Shown here in pieces: positions 14,321-27,033 of a DNA stretch of 64,000 bases. This DNA is from Eledone cirrhosa (lineage: Eukaryota), in contig OZ024742.1 of the NCBI GenBank assembly GCA_964016885.1, forward strand, positions 136,648,001 to 136,712,000. The letters run 5' to 3'. The stretch's first letter is position 1, and every line of letters begins with the position of its first letter. A program made the translations under genes and the position numbers. Under the pieces are notes generated by a model. That model saw nothing but the letters and a program-made list of their open reading frames with translations. It was not told the origin of the DNA and searched no databases.

Positions 14321-14928
14321 TATGTATATACATATACACATATATATATATATATTTATATATATGTATATACATACACACATATATATATATATTTATA
14401 TATATGTATATACATACACACATATATATATATTTATATATATGTATATACATAAACATATATATAATATAAGATCAAAAGATCTTATATTATGCATACT
14501 CCAGTCCCACAAACTGTAGAGTGCTTCTTATCCGATATCTGCATTGCTTTATTGTACTACAATAAAACTCACCTCCTACATAAACATATATATATATATA
14601 TATGCATATACATGCACACATATATATATATATTTATATATATATGTATATACATAAACATATATATATATATATATTTATATATATGTATATACATACC
14701 CATATATATATATATATATTTATATATATGTATATACATACACACATACACATATATATATATATATACATACACACACACACACACACATTTATATATA
14801 TATATTTATATATATGTATATACATTCATACACACACATATATATATATATATGTATATACATACATATATATATATATATATATATGTTTATATATATG
14901 TATATTCATACACATATATATATACATA

Positions 14929-14966
<38 letters not shown>

Positions 14967-15128
14967 TATGTATATATATATATATATATATATACATATA
15001 TATGTATATATATATATATATATATATACATATATATGTATATATATATATATATATATACATATATATGTATATATATATATATATATATACATATATA
15101 TGTATATATATATATATATATATACATA

Positions 15129-15232
<104 letters not shown>

Positions 15233-15610
15233 CATATATAAATAAATATATAGTTATATGTTTATTTATATACATAGTCCTATGCGAGCAAGACAATCAC
15301 TCTTGCCTCAAGTGGGAACACCCCCGTCCAAACCCATGCAAGCGTGGAACACGGACGTTAAACGTTGATGATGATGATGATGATATATAAATATCATAAT
15401 CATCATTTTTACGTCCACTTTTCCTTGCTTGCAAGAGTGGGACGGGTCATTTTTAGCACACATTCTCTACATTTGTCACGGTCCTTTGTCATCTTCTCTG
15501 TGAGTTTCAATTAGCTTTTTTCCACATCCTCTCAGGATTTCTGTGGTCTTCCTCTACTGCATCTTCCCTCCAATGGGATTTCTTGGCACTTCTTTATCCA
15601 GCAGTTATCC

Positions 15611-15682
15611 TCCAGAATTGGAGTCCAGAATTAGCCGTCGAAACGGCTTGAGCTCAGCCGTCGGGGTCCTACTCGTTCCTAT
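15611..15682. repeat. Half copy of palindromic family P
   Basis: AGTCCAGAATTAGCCGTCGAAACGGCTTGAGCTCAGCCGTCGGGGTCCTACTCGTTCCTAT. Confidence 0.8.
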
Positions 15683-15942
15683 ATATATATATATATGTAT
15701 ATATATATGTATATATATATGTATATATGTATATATGTATGTATATATATATGTAAATATATATGTATATATATATGTGCATATATATATGTGTATATAT
15801 ATATATGTATATATATATATGTATATATATATATGTGTATATATATATATATGTATATATATATGTATATATAGATGTAAATATATATGTATATATATAT
15901 GTGTATATATATATATATGTATATATATATGTGAATATATAT

Positions 15943-16006
<64 letters not shown>

Positions 16007-16081
16007 GTACATATATATGTGAATATATATATATATATGTATATATATATGTGTATATATATATATGTATATATATATGTG

Positions 16082-16083
<2 letters not shown>

Positions 16084-16113
<30 letters not shown>

Positions 16114-16750
16114 ACGTTTAACGTCCGTGTTCCACGCTTGCATGGGTTTGGACGGGGGTAGTCCCACTTGAGGCAAGAGTGATTGTCTTGCTCGCATAGG
16201 ACTGTCTGGCAGGTTTTCTACAGTTGGATGCCCTTCCTAACACCAACCACATTTACAGTGTGGGTCTGGGAGGTTTTTACCGTGTTGCCTACACGGCCAC
16301 ATTACAGCGTGGACTGTGTGTTTTTTTGTCGTGACACCTACACGATCTCATTTGTTTCGGCCTCGATGGCGCGGCACCAACATAACTTTACATAGAACGG
16401 GGTGGTGTGGATGGGGTGGGGGTGGTGGTGGTGGGACGGGGTGTATTTTGTTAGAGATGCCTACTGGCTGGAGTAGGTTTTACTATATATTTAGGTAAGG
16501 CGGGTCTTCTCTGTTACTGAGTACCGCCAAAGGTCTCGGTCCAGTGACATTGTCTTGGAGAGGTGTAAGTGTGTGATGTCGGAGTTTATCAGCTGGTCCC
16601 AGGTTTTTCTAGGTCTGCCTATTCCGTGACTACCGTCTATCTTTATTGCCCTGCACTTTGTTATACAGCTATCGACTTTCATGCGCATCACGTGTCCATA
16701 CCAACGTAGCCTTCTCTCGAGTAAACAACATCTGATCCCTCTTATCTCTA
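16084..16750 (-). mobile_element. RTE LINE 3' end
   Basis: [22 protein letters not shown]...GRPRKTW...[12 protein letters not shown], then 3' UTR and (GAT)n. Confidence 0.88.
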
Positions 16751-16783
16751 ATATATATATATATATATGTATATATATATGTG

Positions 16784-16848
<65 letters not shown>

Positions 16849-16889
16849 GTGTACATATATATATATATGTATATATGTGTGTATATATA

Positions 16890-16922
<33 letters not shown>

Positions 16923-16958
16923 ATATATATATATGTATATATGTATATGGATATATGT

Positions 16959-17004
<46 letters not shown>

Positions 17005-17185
17005 GGATATATGTATATATATGTATATGTATATATATATATGTATATGGATATATGTATATATATGTATATGTATATATATATATATGTATATATATGT
17101 ATATGTATGTATATGTATATATATATGTGTATGTATATGTATATGTATATATATATGTATATGTATATATGTATATGTATATATG

Positions 17186-17237
<52 letters not shown>

Positions 17238-17239
17238 AG

Positions 17240-17935
17240 TATATATACGTACATACATATATGTGTACAGACGTACAGTAGTATGTATATATATACATAT
17301 ATGCACACATATATATATGTACGTATGGGTTTACCGAACATTTATTATAATGTTCGGTTTGTTTGTAGACAAACAGCGCGAATTACGTCGTGCAGTGCTC
17401 GGCAACCATCGTCGCCCTTTTTGTTCAACACTGACACAGGAACGATGTACTAGTTTCAAGCTTATTAGCTATCATCAGCATCGTATACCTTTCTGTCAGA
17501 TGAATGTTTTAAAGTAAATATTTTCCTTATGCATGTTAATGGCTGAGCAACCTAATTTGCATATCGACTGACTTAGTCGGCCGGGCGTACCGAAAACGAA
17601 AAATGGAAAAGAATGAAACGGAATTTCATTTCTCACTCTTAGTACGGCTGTACATCGTTCCTGTGTCAGTGTTGAACAAAAAGGGCGACGATGTTGCCGA
17701 GCACTGTACGGTGTATTTCGTCAGTTTGTTTACAAACAAACCGAACGTTATAATAAATGTTCGGTAAACCCATACGTACATATATATATATATGTGGGCA
17801 TGTATGTATATATATTTATATATATATACTACTGTACGTCTGTACACATATATGTATCTACGTATACATACATATATTTAGGTATCAGCCATACTAAGAG
17901 TGAGAAATGAAATTTTGTTTCATTCTTTTCCATTT
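17240..17935. mobile_element. Non-coding hammerhead retroelement (family H1), inverted pair, locus A
   Basis: Minus-strand unit 17240-17650 contains a hammerhead; the plus-strand partial unit 17653-17935 is its reverse complement, circularly permuted; flanked by (TA)n. Confidence 0.8.
17442..17484 (-). ncRNA. Minimal type I hammerhead ribozyme
   Basis: Minus strand reads ACGATG-CTGATGA-tAGCTaataAGCTt-GAAA-CTAG-TA|CATCGT: 6-bp stem I, intact core, stem II, palindromic stem III, GUA cleavage triplet. Confidence 0.88.
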
Positions 17936-17976
17936 ATATATATATATTTATGTATATATATATGTATCTATATATG

Positions 17977-18033
<57 letters not shown>

Positions 18034-18038
18034 GTATT

Positions 18039-18071
<33 letters not shown>

Positions 18072-18084
18072 TTATGTGTATATG

Positions 18085-18124
<40 letters not shown>

Positions 18125-18167
18125 TATATATAGATATATATAGAGATATAGATATATATATATATAT

Positions 18168-19048
18168 ATCATCATCACCGTTTTATGTCCGTTCTTCCAA
18201 GCTAGCATGGGTTAAACGGGTTGTCCTGTTGTGGGCAGTGTCTGGTCGGCTGACCATACCTTGCTGATACAGGAACTGATCTGGCTTGATTTCTACAGCT
18301 GAATGCCCTTTCTAACACCAACCTCATTTACAGTGAGTGCTGGGTGCTTTTTCGTGGCACCTACACGTCCACTTTACAGTGTGGGCTGGGTGCTTTTTTG
18401 CCGTGGCACCTCCACGACCACCTTGCGGTGGGAGGTCTGGTGGCATATTGTCTATATGCTTCCGCTTGTACCCATGGGAGGTCGTGTACTCTGTATTACT
18501 GCGTGACATCAGAAGTCACAGTCCTGTGTCATTGCCTTTGAGAGGTCTAATTGGGTAAGGTCGGCTTTTATCACCTCATCCCAGGTCATCTTGGGTCTCC
18601 TCACTCCACGGTTTCCATCAACTTCTAGTGCTCTGCACCTTTTTATGCAGCTGTCATCCTTCATACGCATCACATGTCCATACCAGCACAACTGCCTCTC
18701 CTGCACACAGCATTTGATTCCTCTTATGCTCAGTCTCTCTCTCAATTCATTTATGCTTTGTCGTTCACGTATATTACTGTTATACATCCATCAGAGCATG
18801 CAGGCTTCATTTCTCTCTAATCTACGTAAGTCTTCCACCTTCAGCGCCCAGGTTTAACTACCATGCAACATTGCTGTTCGGATACACGCATCATACAGTC
18901 TGCCTTTCATTCTGAGGGAGAAGCCTTTTGCAGCTAGCAGTGGTAGTAGTTCCTTAAACTTCTTCCATCCCGTTCTTACCCTAGTTATTGTACTTTCTGA
19001 ACACCCACCTCCGCTGCTAATTCGGTCACCTAGGAAGCAGAAGCTGTC
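18168..19048 (-). mobile_element. RTE LINE 3' fragment
   Basis: ORF 18509-18787 and upstream RVRTGWKKFKELLP; close match to 24776-25650. Confidence 0.9.
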
Positions 19049-19079
19049 TATATATTTATATATAGATATATATACATAC

Positions 19080-19272
19080 AGGAAAAAGTACGACCCTGTC
19101 GGCTGATCTCAAGCCTTTTCGACGGCTATTTCTGGTCCGGAAAGAGCCGTTTAAATGGCTTAAGCTCTGCCGACAGGGTCATACTTTTTCCTATTACCCA
19201 CTCTACTACCCTAAGTACTAAGTACTCTGATGCGTTATGGTCCATCTGGTTCCTTACCACAACTCCTTCGTT
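19080..19272. repeat. Palindromic family P copy
   Basis: GGAAAAAGTACGACCCTGTCGGC...GCCGACAGGGTCATACTTTTTCC plus the TTACCCACTCTACTACCC tail. Confidence 0.8.
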
Positions 19273-19510
19273 ATATATAGATATATGTATATATATATAT
19301 AAGTATGTATACGTACATACATTTATGTATACAGACGTACAGTAGTATGTATATATATATATAGATACATGCACACATATATATATGTACATATGGATTC
19401 ACCGAACATTTATTATAATTTTCAGTGTGTATGTAAACAAACATCCCGAATTAAGCCGTACAGTGTCTAGCAACCATCGTTGCTCATTTGTTCAACACTG
19501 ACAAAGGAAT

Positions 19511-19549
19511 GCTGTACTAGTTTCAAGCTTATTAGCTATCGTCAGCAAC
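19511..19549 (-). ncRNA. Minimal type I hammerhead ribozyme (H1)
   Basis: GTTG-CTGACGA-tAGCTaataAGCTt-GAAA-CTAG-TA|CAGC; core intact (N7=C). Confidence 0.8.
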
Positions 19550-19855
19550 GTATACCTTCCTGCCAGATGGTTGAACGTCTGAAAGTATATACTTTCCATA
19601 TGCATATTAATGGCTGAGCTGCCTAATTTGCATATCGAGTGAGTTAATCAGCCGGGCTACCGAAAACGATAAACGGAGAAATGAAACGAAATTTCATTTC
19701 TCACTCTTAGTACGGCTGTTACATTTTTTCCGTTTATCGTTTTCGGTACCCCTGCCGATTAACTCACTCGATATGCAAATTAGGTTGCCCAGCCGTTAAT
19801 ATGCATGAGGAAACTATATACTTTCAGACGTTCAACCATCTGGCAGGAAGTTATA

Positions 19856-19896
19856 CGTTGCTGACTATAGTTAATAAGCTTGAAACTAGTACAGCG
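19856..19896 (+). ncRNA. Degenerate hammerhead (H1), G8U core mutation
   Basis: CGTTG-CTGACTA-tAGTTaataAGCTt-GAAA-CTAG-TA|CAGCG. Confidence 0.65.
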
Positions 19897-20287
19897 TTCC
19901 TTTGTGAGTGTTGAATAAATGAGCAACGATGGTTGCTAGACACTGTACGGCTTAATTCGGGATGTTTGTTTACACCGAGCATTATAATAAGTGTTCGGTG
20001 AATCCATACGTACATATATATATGGGTGCATGTATGTATATATATATATTCATACTACTGTACGCCTGTATACATATATGTATGTATGTATACAAACTTA
20101 TATTTAACTAACAGCCGTACTGAGAGTGGGAAATGAAATTTCGTTTCATTTTTGCCATGTATATATATAGATATATGTATATATATATATGTATCTATAT
20201 GTATATATATATATATATGTATCATCATCATCATCATCGTTTAACGTCCATTTTCCATGCTAGCATGGGTCTGGACGGATATATATG

Positions 20288-20318
<31 letters not shown>

Positions 20319-20617
20319 GTATATATGTATGTGTATATGAATGTATGTATATATATATATTTGTGTATATATATATATGTGTATGTGTATATATATGTAT
20401 ATATATATATATATACATGTGTATATATATATATATGTATATACATATATGTATACACATGTGTATATATATGTGTATATATATATATGGATATATATAT
20501 ATATGTGTATATATATATATATGTATATACATATATGTATATACATGTGTATATATATATATATATATATATGAAATATGAAATATAAGAATCAAAGAAC
20601 TGTTCAAAACATTATTG

Positions 20618-20664
20618 TGCTTACAGCTGTTTCCTCCAAACCGAGGTTTGGATTCTTCGGAGCA
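20618..20664 (-). ncRNA. Minimal hammerhead, CCGAAGA core variant (H2)
   Basis: Reverse complement of 20956-21002. Confidence 0.65.
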
Positions 20665-20955
20665 ATTTATTAATGCATGGACAGTTATATGACCTCCTTT
20701 TCAGCCGAGAGACATACCAATACATATTCAAACATTGATACATATTCAAACATTGTGGGTCAACATTCATTACAGAATTTAGAGTGGCAGTACACACTTC
20801 GAGATTACATTTATATTAATAGGTACAATCAAAAATCAAAGATATAGGTTAAAGTACAACATGAAGATAAGTGGTTATATAGTATATAGTGGTTATGTAT
20901 TGGTATGTCTCTCGGCTGAAAAGGAGGTCATATAACTGTCCATGCATTAATAAAT

Positions 20956-21002
20956 TGCTCCGAAGAATCCAAACCTCGGTTTGGAGGAAACAGCTGTAAG
21001 CA
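20956..21002 (+). ncRNA. Minimal hammerhead, CCGAAGA core variant (H2)
   Basis: TGCT-CCGAAGA-aTCCAAACCtcGGTTTGGAg-GAAA-CAGCTG-TA|AGCA; palindromic stem III; U4C substitution in the core. Confidence 0.65.
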
Positions 21003-21237
21003 CAATAATGTTTTGAACAGTTCTTTGATTCTTATATTTCATATAACTGCTCTGTAAATCATCTGATGTTTTTACATTGAGCTACTTAACTTACTGGTAA
21101 TAAGGTAGTAATACATTACTGCCTACCACTATTTAGGGTGTGTGTAAAATACTTACAACTGCTTAAGGTTTTGTGTTTACATAACCATAAATAGTATAAC
21201 TAATACTATATATATATATATACATATATGTATATAC

Positions 21238-21303
<66 letters not shown>

Positions 21304-21444
21304 ATATATGTAAATACATATGTGTATATATATCCATGTACATATATATATATATACATGTTGATATAAAGAGATATATATAAGTATGTAGATAAATATA
21401 TATATGTACATATATATATATATATATGTACATAAATGTATATA

Positions 21445-21532
<88 letters not shown>

Positions 21533-21533
21533 C

Positions 21534-21602
<69 letters not shown>

Positions 21603-21651
21603 CATTTACATACATATATATATCTGTATATATATGTATATATAAGTATAT

Positions 21652-21989
21652 ATCATCATCATCATCATTTTACGTCAACTTTTCCCTGCTTGCAAGGGTG
21701 GGACGGGAACTGATTCTGGCTTGATTTCTACAGCTGGATGCACTTCCTAACACCAACCTCATTTACAGTGAGTGCTGGGTGGTTTTTGACGTGGCACCTA
21801 CACGACCACTTTGCAGTGGAATGATAGGGATCCCAGTCCCTATCATCTCATTTCTACAGCTGAGTAAACTGGAGCAATGTGAAATAAAGTGCCTTGCTCA
21901 AGGAAACAGCACATCACCCGGTCTGAGAATTGAACTCACAACCTTTCGATTGCAAGGCCAATGCTCTAACCACTAAACCATGTGCCTCC
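21652..21989 (-). mobile_element. tRNA-SINE S1, full length
   Basis: Reverse complement of S1 including head and (GAT)n tail. Confidence 0.9.
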
Positions 21990-22094
21990 ATATATATATA
22001 TGCAGACGTAAAATGATGATGATATACATATATGTATATATATGTGTACATATATATGTATATATATAAATATGTATATATATATATGTACATA

Positions 22095-22161
<67 letters not shown>

Positions 22162-22234
22162 CATCATCATCATCTTACGTCCGTATATATATATATCTAT
22201 GTACATATATATACAGATATATATGTATGTAATA

Positions 22235-22265
<31 letters not shown>

Positions 22266-22417
22266 GTACATATGTATATATATATATATATATATATATG
22301 TACATATATATATATAGAATGTACATATATATATATATATGTTCATATATATATATGTATGTATATATATATATATGTAAATTTATATAAGTATATATAT
22401 ATGTATATATATATATG

Positions 22418-22449
<32 letters not shown>

Positions 22450-23163
22450 TATCTATATATATATCTATATATATATCTATATATATATCTATATATATAT
22501 CTATATATATATCTATATATATATAGATGTATATATATATGTATATATATATATGTATATATATATATATGTATATATATGTATATATATATATATGTAT
22601 ATATATATATACATATATATATACATATATATACATACATATATAAATACATATATATATACATACATATATATGCATATATATATATATACATATGTAT
22701 ATATATGTATATATATGTATATATATGTATATATATGTATATATATATATATATATATCTATATATATATCTATATATATATCTATATATATATCTATAT
22801 ATATATCTATATATATATATAGATGTATATATATATGTATATATATATATGTATATATATATATATGTATATATATGTATATATATATATATGTATATAT
22901 ATATATACATATATATATCCATATATATACATACATATATAAATACATATATATATACATACATATATATGCATATATATATATATACATATGTATATAT
23001 ATGTATATATATGTATATATATGTATATATATGTATATATATATGTATATATGTATATATGTATATATATATGTATATATATATATGTATATATATGTAT
23101 ATATATGTATATATATATATGTATATATGTATATATATGTATATATGTATATATATATATATA

Positions 23164-23194
<31 letters not shown>

Positions 23195-23315
23195 ATATAT
23201 ATATGTATATATACGTATATATATATATATGTATATATATGTATATATATGTATATATATGTATATATATATATATATGTATATATATGTATATATATGT
23301 ATATATATATATATG

Positions 23316-23368
<53 letters not shown>

Positions 23369-23513
23369 GTATATATATATATATATGTATATATATGTAT
23401 ATATATATGTATATATATGTATATATATATGTTTATATATATGTATATGTATATATATATGTATATATATATATATATGTATATATATATGTATATATAC
23501 ATATGTATATATG

Positions 23514-23563
<50 letters not shown>

Positions 23564-23653
23564 CATGTATATATATATACATGTATATATATATACATGT
23601 ATATATATATATGGATATATATATATATATGTATATATATACATATATATATA

Positions 23654-23685
<32 letters not shown>

Positions 23686-23714
23686 CATGTATATATATAT
23701 ATATGTATATATAT

Positions 23715-23798
<84 letters not shown>

Positions 23799-24023
23799 GT
23801 ATATATGTATGTATGTGTATATGTATGTATATATATATGTGTATATATATTTATATGTATATATATATGTGTGTATATGTATATATATATGTGTGTGTGT
23901 ATATGTATGTATATATGTGTATATGTATATGTATATATATATGTGTATATGTATGTGTATATATATTTGTGTATATGTGTATATGTATATATATATATAT
24001 ATGTGTATATGTATATATAGATA

Positions 24024-24062
<39 letters not shown>

Positions 24063-24775
24063 ATATGTATATATGTATATGTATATATATATATGTATGT
24101 ATATGTATATATATATGTATATATATATATATATATGTATGTATATGTATATATATATGTATATATATATATATATATGTATATATATGTATACGTATAT
24201 ATATATATGTATATATATGTATATGTTTACATATATATATATGTATATATATATGTATATGTATGTATATATGTATATATATATATGTATATGTATATAT
24301 ATATATGTATATATATATATATGTATGTATATATGTATATATATGTATATGTATATATATATATGTATATATATATATATGTATATATATATATGTATAT
24401 ATATATATGTATATATATATATGTTTATATATATGTATATATATATATATATACGTATATATATATATTTATATATATATGTATATATGTTTATATATAT
24501 ACGTATATATATATGTATATATATACGTATGTATATGTATATATATATATGTGTTTATATATATATACGTATATATATATATGTATATATATATGTTTGT
24601 ATATGTATATATATGTATGTATATGTATATATATATATGTATATATATATATATGTATATATATATGTATATATATGTATGTATATATATATATGTATGT
24701 ATGTATATATATGTATGTATGTATGTATATATCTATGTATATATATATAAATGTATGTATATATATATGTATATA
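21990..24775. repeat. ~2.8-kb compound (TA)/(TATG) microsatellite with an internal ~296-bp tandem duplication
   Basis: The marker pattern (ATCTATATAT)n..AGATG..AAATAC..GCATAT occurs at ~22450-22680 and again at ~22755-22975. Confidence 0.93.
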
Positions 24776-26695
24776 TCATCATCATCATCACCGTTTTACG
24801 TCCGTTCTTCCACACTAGCATGGGTTAGACGGGTTGTCCTGTTGTGGGCCGTGTCTGGTCGGCTGACCATGCCTTGCTCATACAGGAACTGATTTTTCTT
24901 GATTTCTACAGCTGGATGCCCTTCCTAACACCAACCTCATTTACAGTGAGTGCTGGGTGCTTTTTCGTGGCGCCTCCACGTCCACTTTACAGTCTGGGCT
25001 GGGTGCTTTTTTGCCGTGGCACCTCCATGACCACCTGGCGGTGGGGGCATATTGTCTATATGCTTCAGCTTGTACCCATGGGAGGTCGGGTACTCTGTAT
25101 TACTGCGTGACGCCAGAGTTCACGGTCGTGTGTCATTGCCTTTGAGAGGTGTAATTGGGTAAGGTCGTCTTTTATTACCTCATCCCAGGTCATCTTGTGT
25201 CTCCCCACTCCGCGGTTTCCATCGACTTCTAGTGCTCTTCACCTTTTTATGCAGCTGTCATCCTTCATACGCATCACATGTTCATACCAGCGCAACCGCC
25301 TCTCCTGCACACAGCATTTGATTCCTCTTATGCTCAGTCTCTCTCTCAATTCATTTATGCTTTGTCGTTCACGTATATTACTGTTACACATCCATCGGAG
25401 CATGCAGGCTTTGTTTCTCTCTAATCTACGTAAGTCTTCCACCTTCAGCGTCCAGGTCTCACTACCATGCAACATCGCTGTTTGGATACACGCATCATAC
25501 AGTCTGCCTTTCATTCTGAGGGAGAAGCCTTTTGCACCTAGCAGTGGTAGTAGTTCCTTAAACTTCTTCCATCCCGTTCTTACCCTAGTTATTGTACTTT
25601 CTGAACACACACCTCCGCTGCTAATTCGGTCACCTAGGTTACAGAAGCTGTCTACTGTTTCTACAGAGCCCTCCCAGAGATTGGTGGTACTTGTTTTCTG
25701 TGGCTGTTTGCTGCTTGCTGTCCCAGCACAGCTGCTGCATGTGAAGCCTACATTCTTAATTAAGCTTCCTGAGATCCCGCTACATCTCTTGTGTACCCAT
25801 TGTTTGCATTTGGGGCAGAGAATGGAGTTCCTATATACACCTTTCCTACATACTGAGCAAGGCCATTTCCCTGGGGGGATCTGGGTTCTGTTTACTCGTC
25901 TACTTACAAGGACCTTAGTCTTTGTCATGTTGACTTTGAGACCCTTTCTTTCTAGTCCCTGCTTCCAAGTTTGGAATTTATTCTCTAGTTCTACCATAGA
26001 TTCAGCTATAAGTGCGAGCTCATCAGCATACAGGAGTTCCCATGGGCATCCGGTCTTAAACTCCTCAATTATTGCCTGCAGGACTATGATGAAGGGGGCT
26101 AAGAACAGAGCCCTGGTGGACCCCAAACTGTACGCTAAATTCCTCGCTATGCTCATTGCTAATCCTAACTTTGCTGACTGCTCCCCTATACATGGCTTGT
26201 ACCGCTTTCAGAAGCCATTCATCTACTCCTAGTTTTCTAAGAGCCCACCAGATTACAGCACGTGGAACTCTGTCAAAGGCTTTCTCAAGGTCGACAAATG
26301 CCAAGTAGAGTGGCTTCCTTTTAGCTAGGTACTTTTCTTGTAACTGCCTCACAAGGAAGAGGGCATCAGTGGTGCCTCTTCCTGGTACAAACCCAAATTG
26401 CATCTCGTCTATTTTCACCCAGTCCCTAATCAACTGTGCTATAACTCTTTCTGTTACTTTCATGACCTGGTCCATCAACTTTATACATCTATAGTTTCCT
26501 CTATCTAGTGCATCACCTTTACCTTTGTAGCAGTTGACAATAATGCTACTGCACCAATCTTTTGGTATGACACCTTCTAGTATTACCTGGTTAACAATAC
26601 ATGTGGTTATAGTGTGACCTACAGACCCAAATGCCTTCAGCATCTCGGCAGCTATACCCGATGGACCGGTTGCCTTCCCCATCTTCATATCTTTG
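24776..26695 (-). mobile_element. RTE LINE, ~1.9-kb 3' portion covering RT to tail
   Basis: [13 protein letters not shown]...[11 protein letters not shown]...[11 protein letters not shown] (fs) GCPWELLYADE...CSVC..C..C..H..C...KGRLYDAC; (GAT)n tail. Confidence 0.93.
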
Positions 26696-26737
26696 ATATG
26701 TATGTATATATATATGTATGTATATATATATGTATGT

Positions 26738-26778
<41 letters not shown>

Positions 26779-26791
26779 TATATATGTATGT

Positions 26792-26832
<41 letters not shown>

Positions 26833-27033
26833 TATGTATGTATATATATATATATGTATACATATATGTATGTATGTATATATGTATGTATATATATATA
26901 TATATGTATGTATATATATATATTTATGTATATATGTATGTATATATATATATCTATGTATATATGTATGTATATATATATTTATGTATATATGTATGTA
27001 TATATATATGTATGTATATATATATGTATATAT

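Larger units (their letters stand above)
19300..20157. mobile_element. Family H1 hammerhead element, inverted pair of near-complete units, locus B
   Basis: 19300-19721 (minus) and 19722-20157 (plus) are permuted reverse complements, both homologous to locus A. Confidence 0.8.
20577..21043. mobile_element. Inverted repeat with ~150-bp arms, each carrying a hammerhead (family H2)
   Basis: Arms 20577-20726 and 20894-21043 appear to be exact reverse complements; ~167-bp spacer. Confidence 0.85.

Noticed and set aside
22343-24892. Long Tyr/Ile-rich ORFs (up to 773 aa) here and at 9993-11441, 14492-15390 and 31440-32781
   Set aside because: Translations of (TA)n/(TATG)n repeats that lack stop codons in several frames; not genes.
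25195-26232. 345-aa plus-strand ORF (also 4374-5060)
   Set aside because: Antisense shadow of the RTE reading frame.
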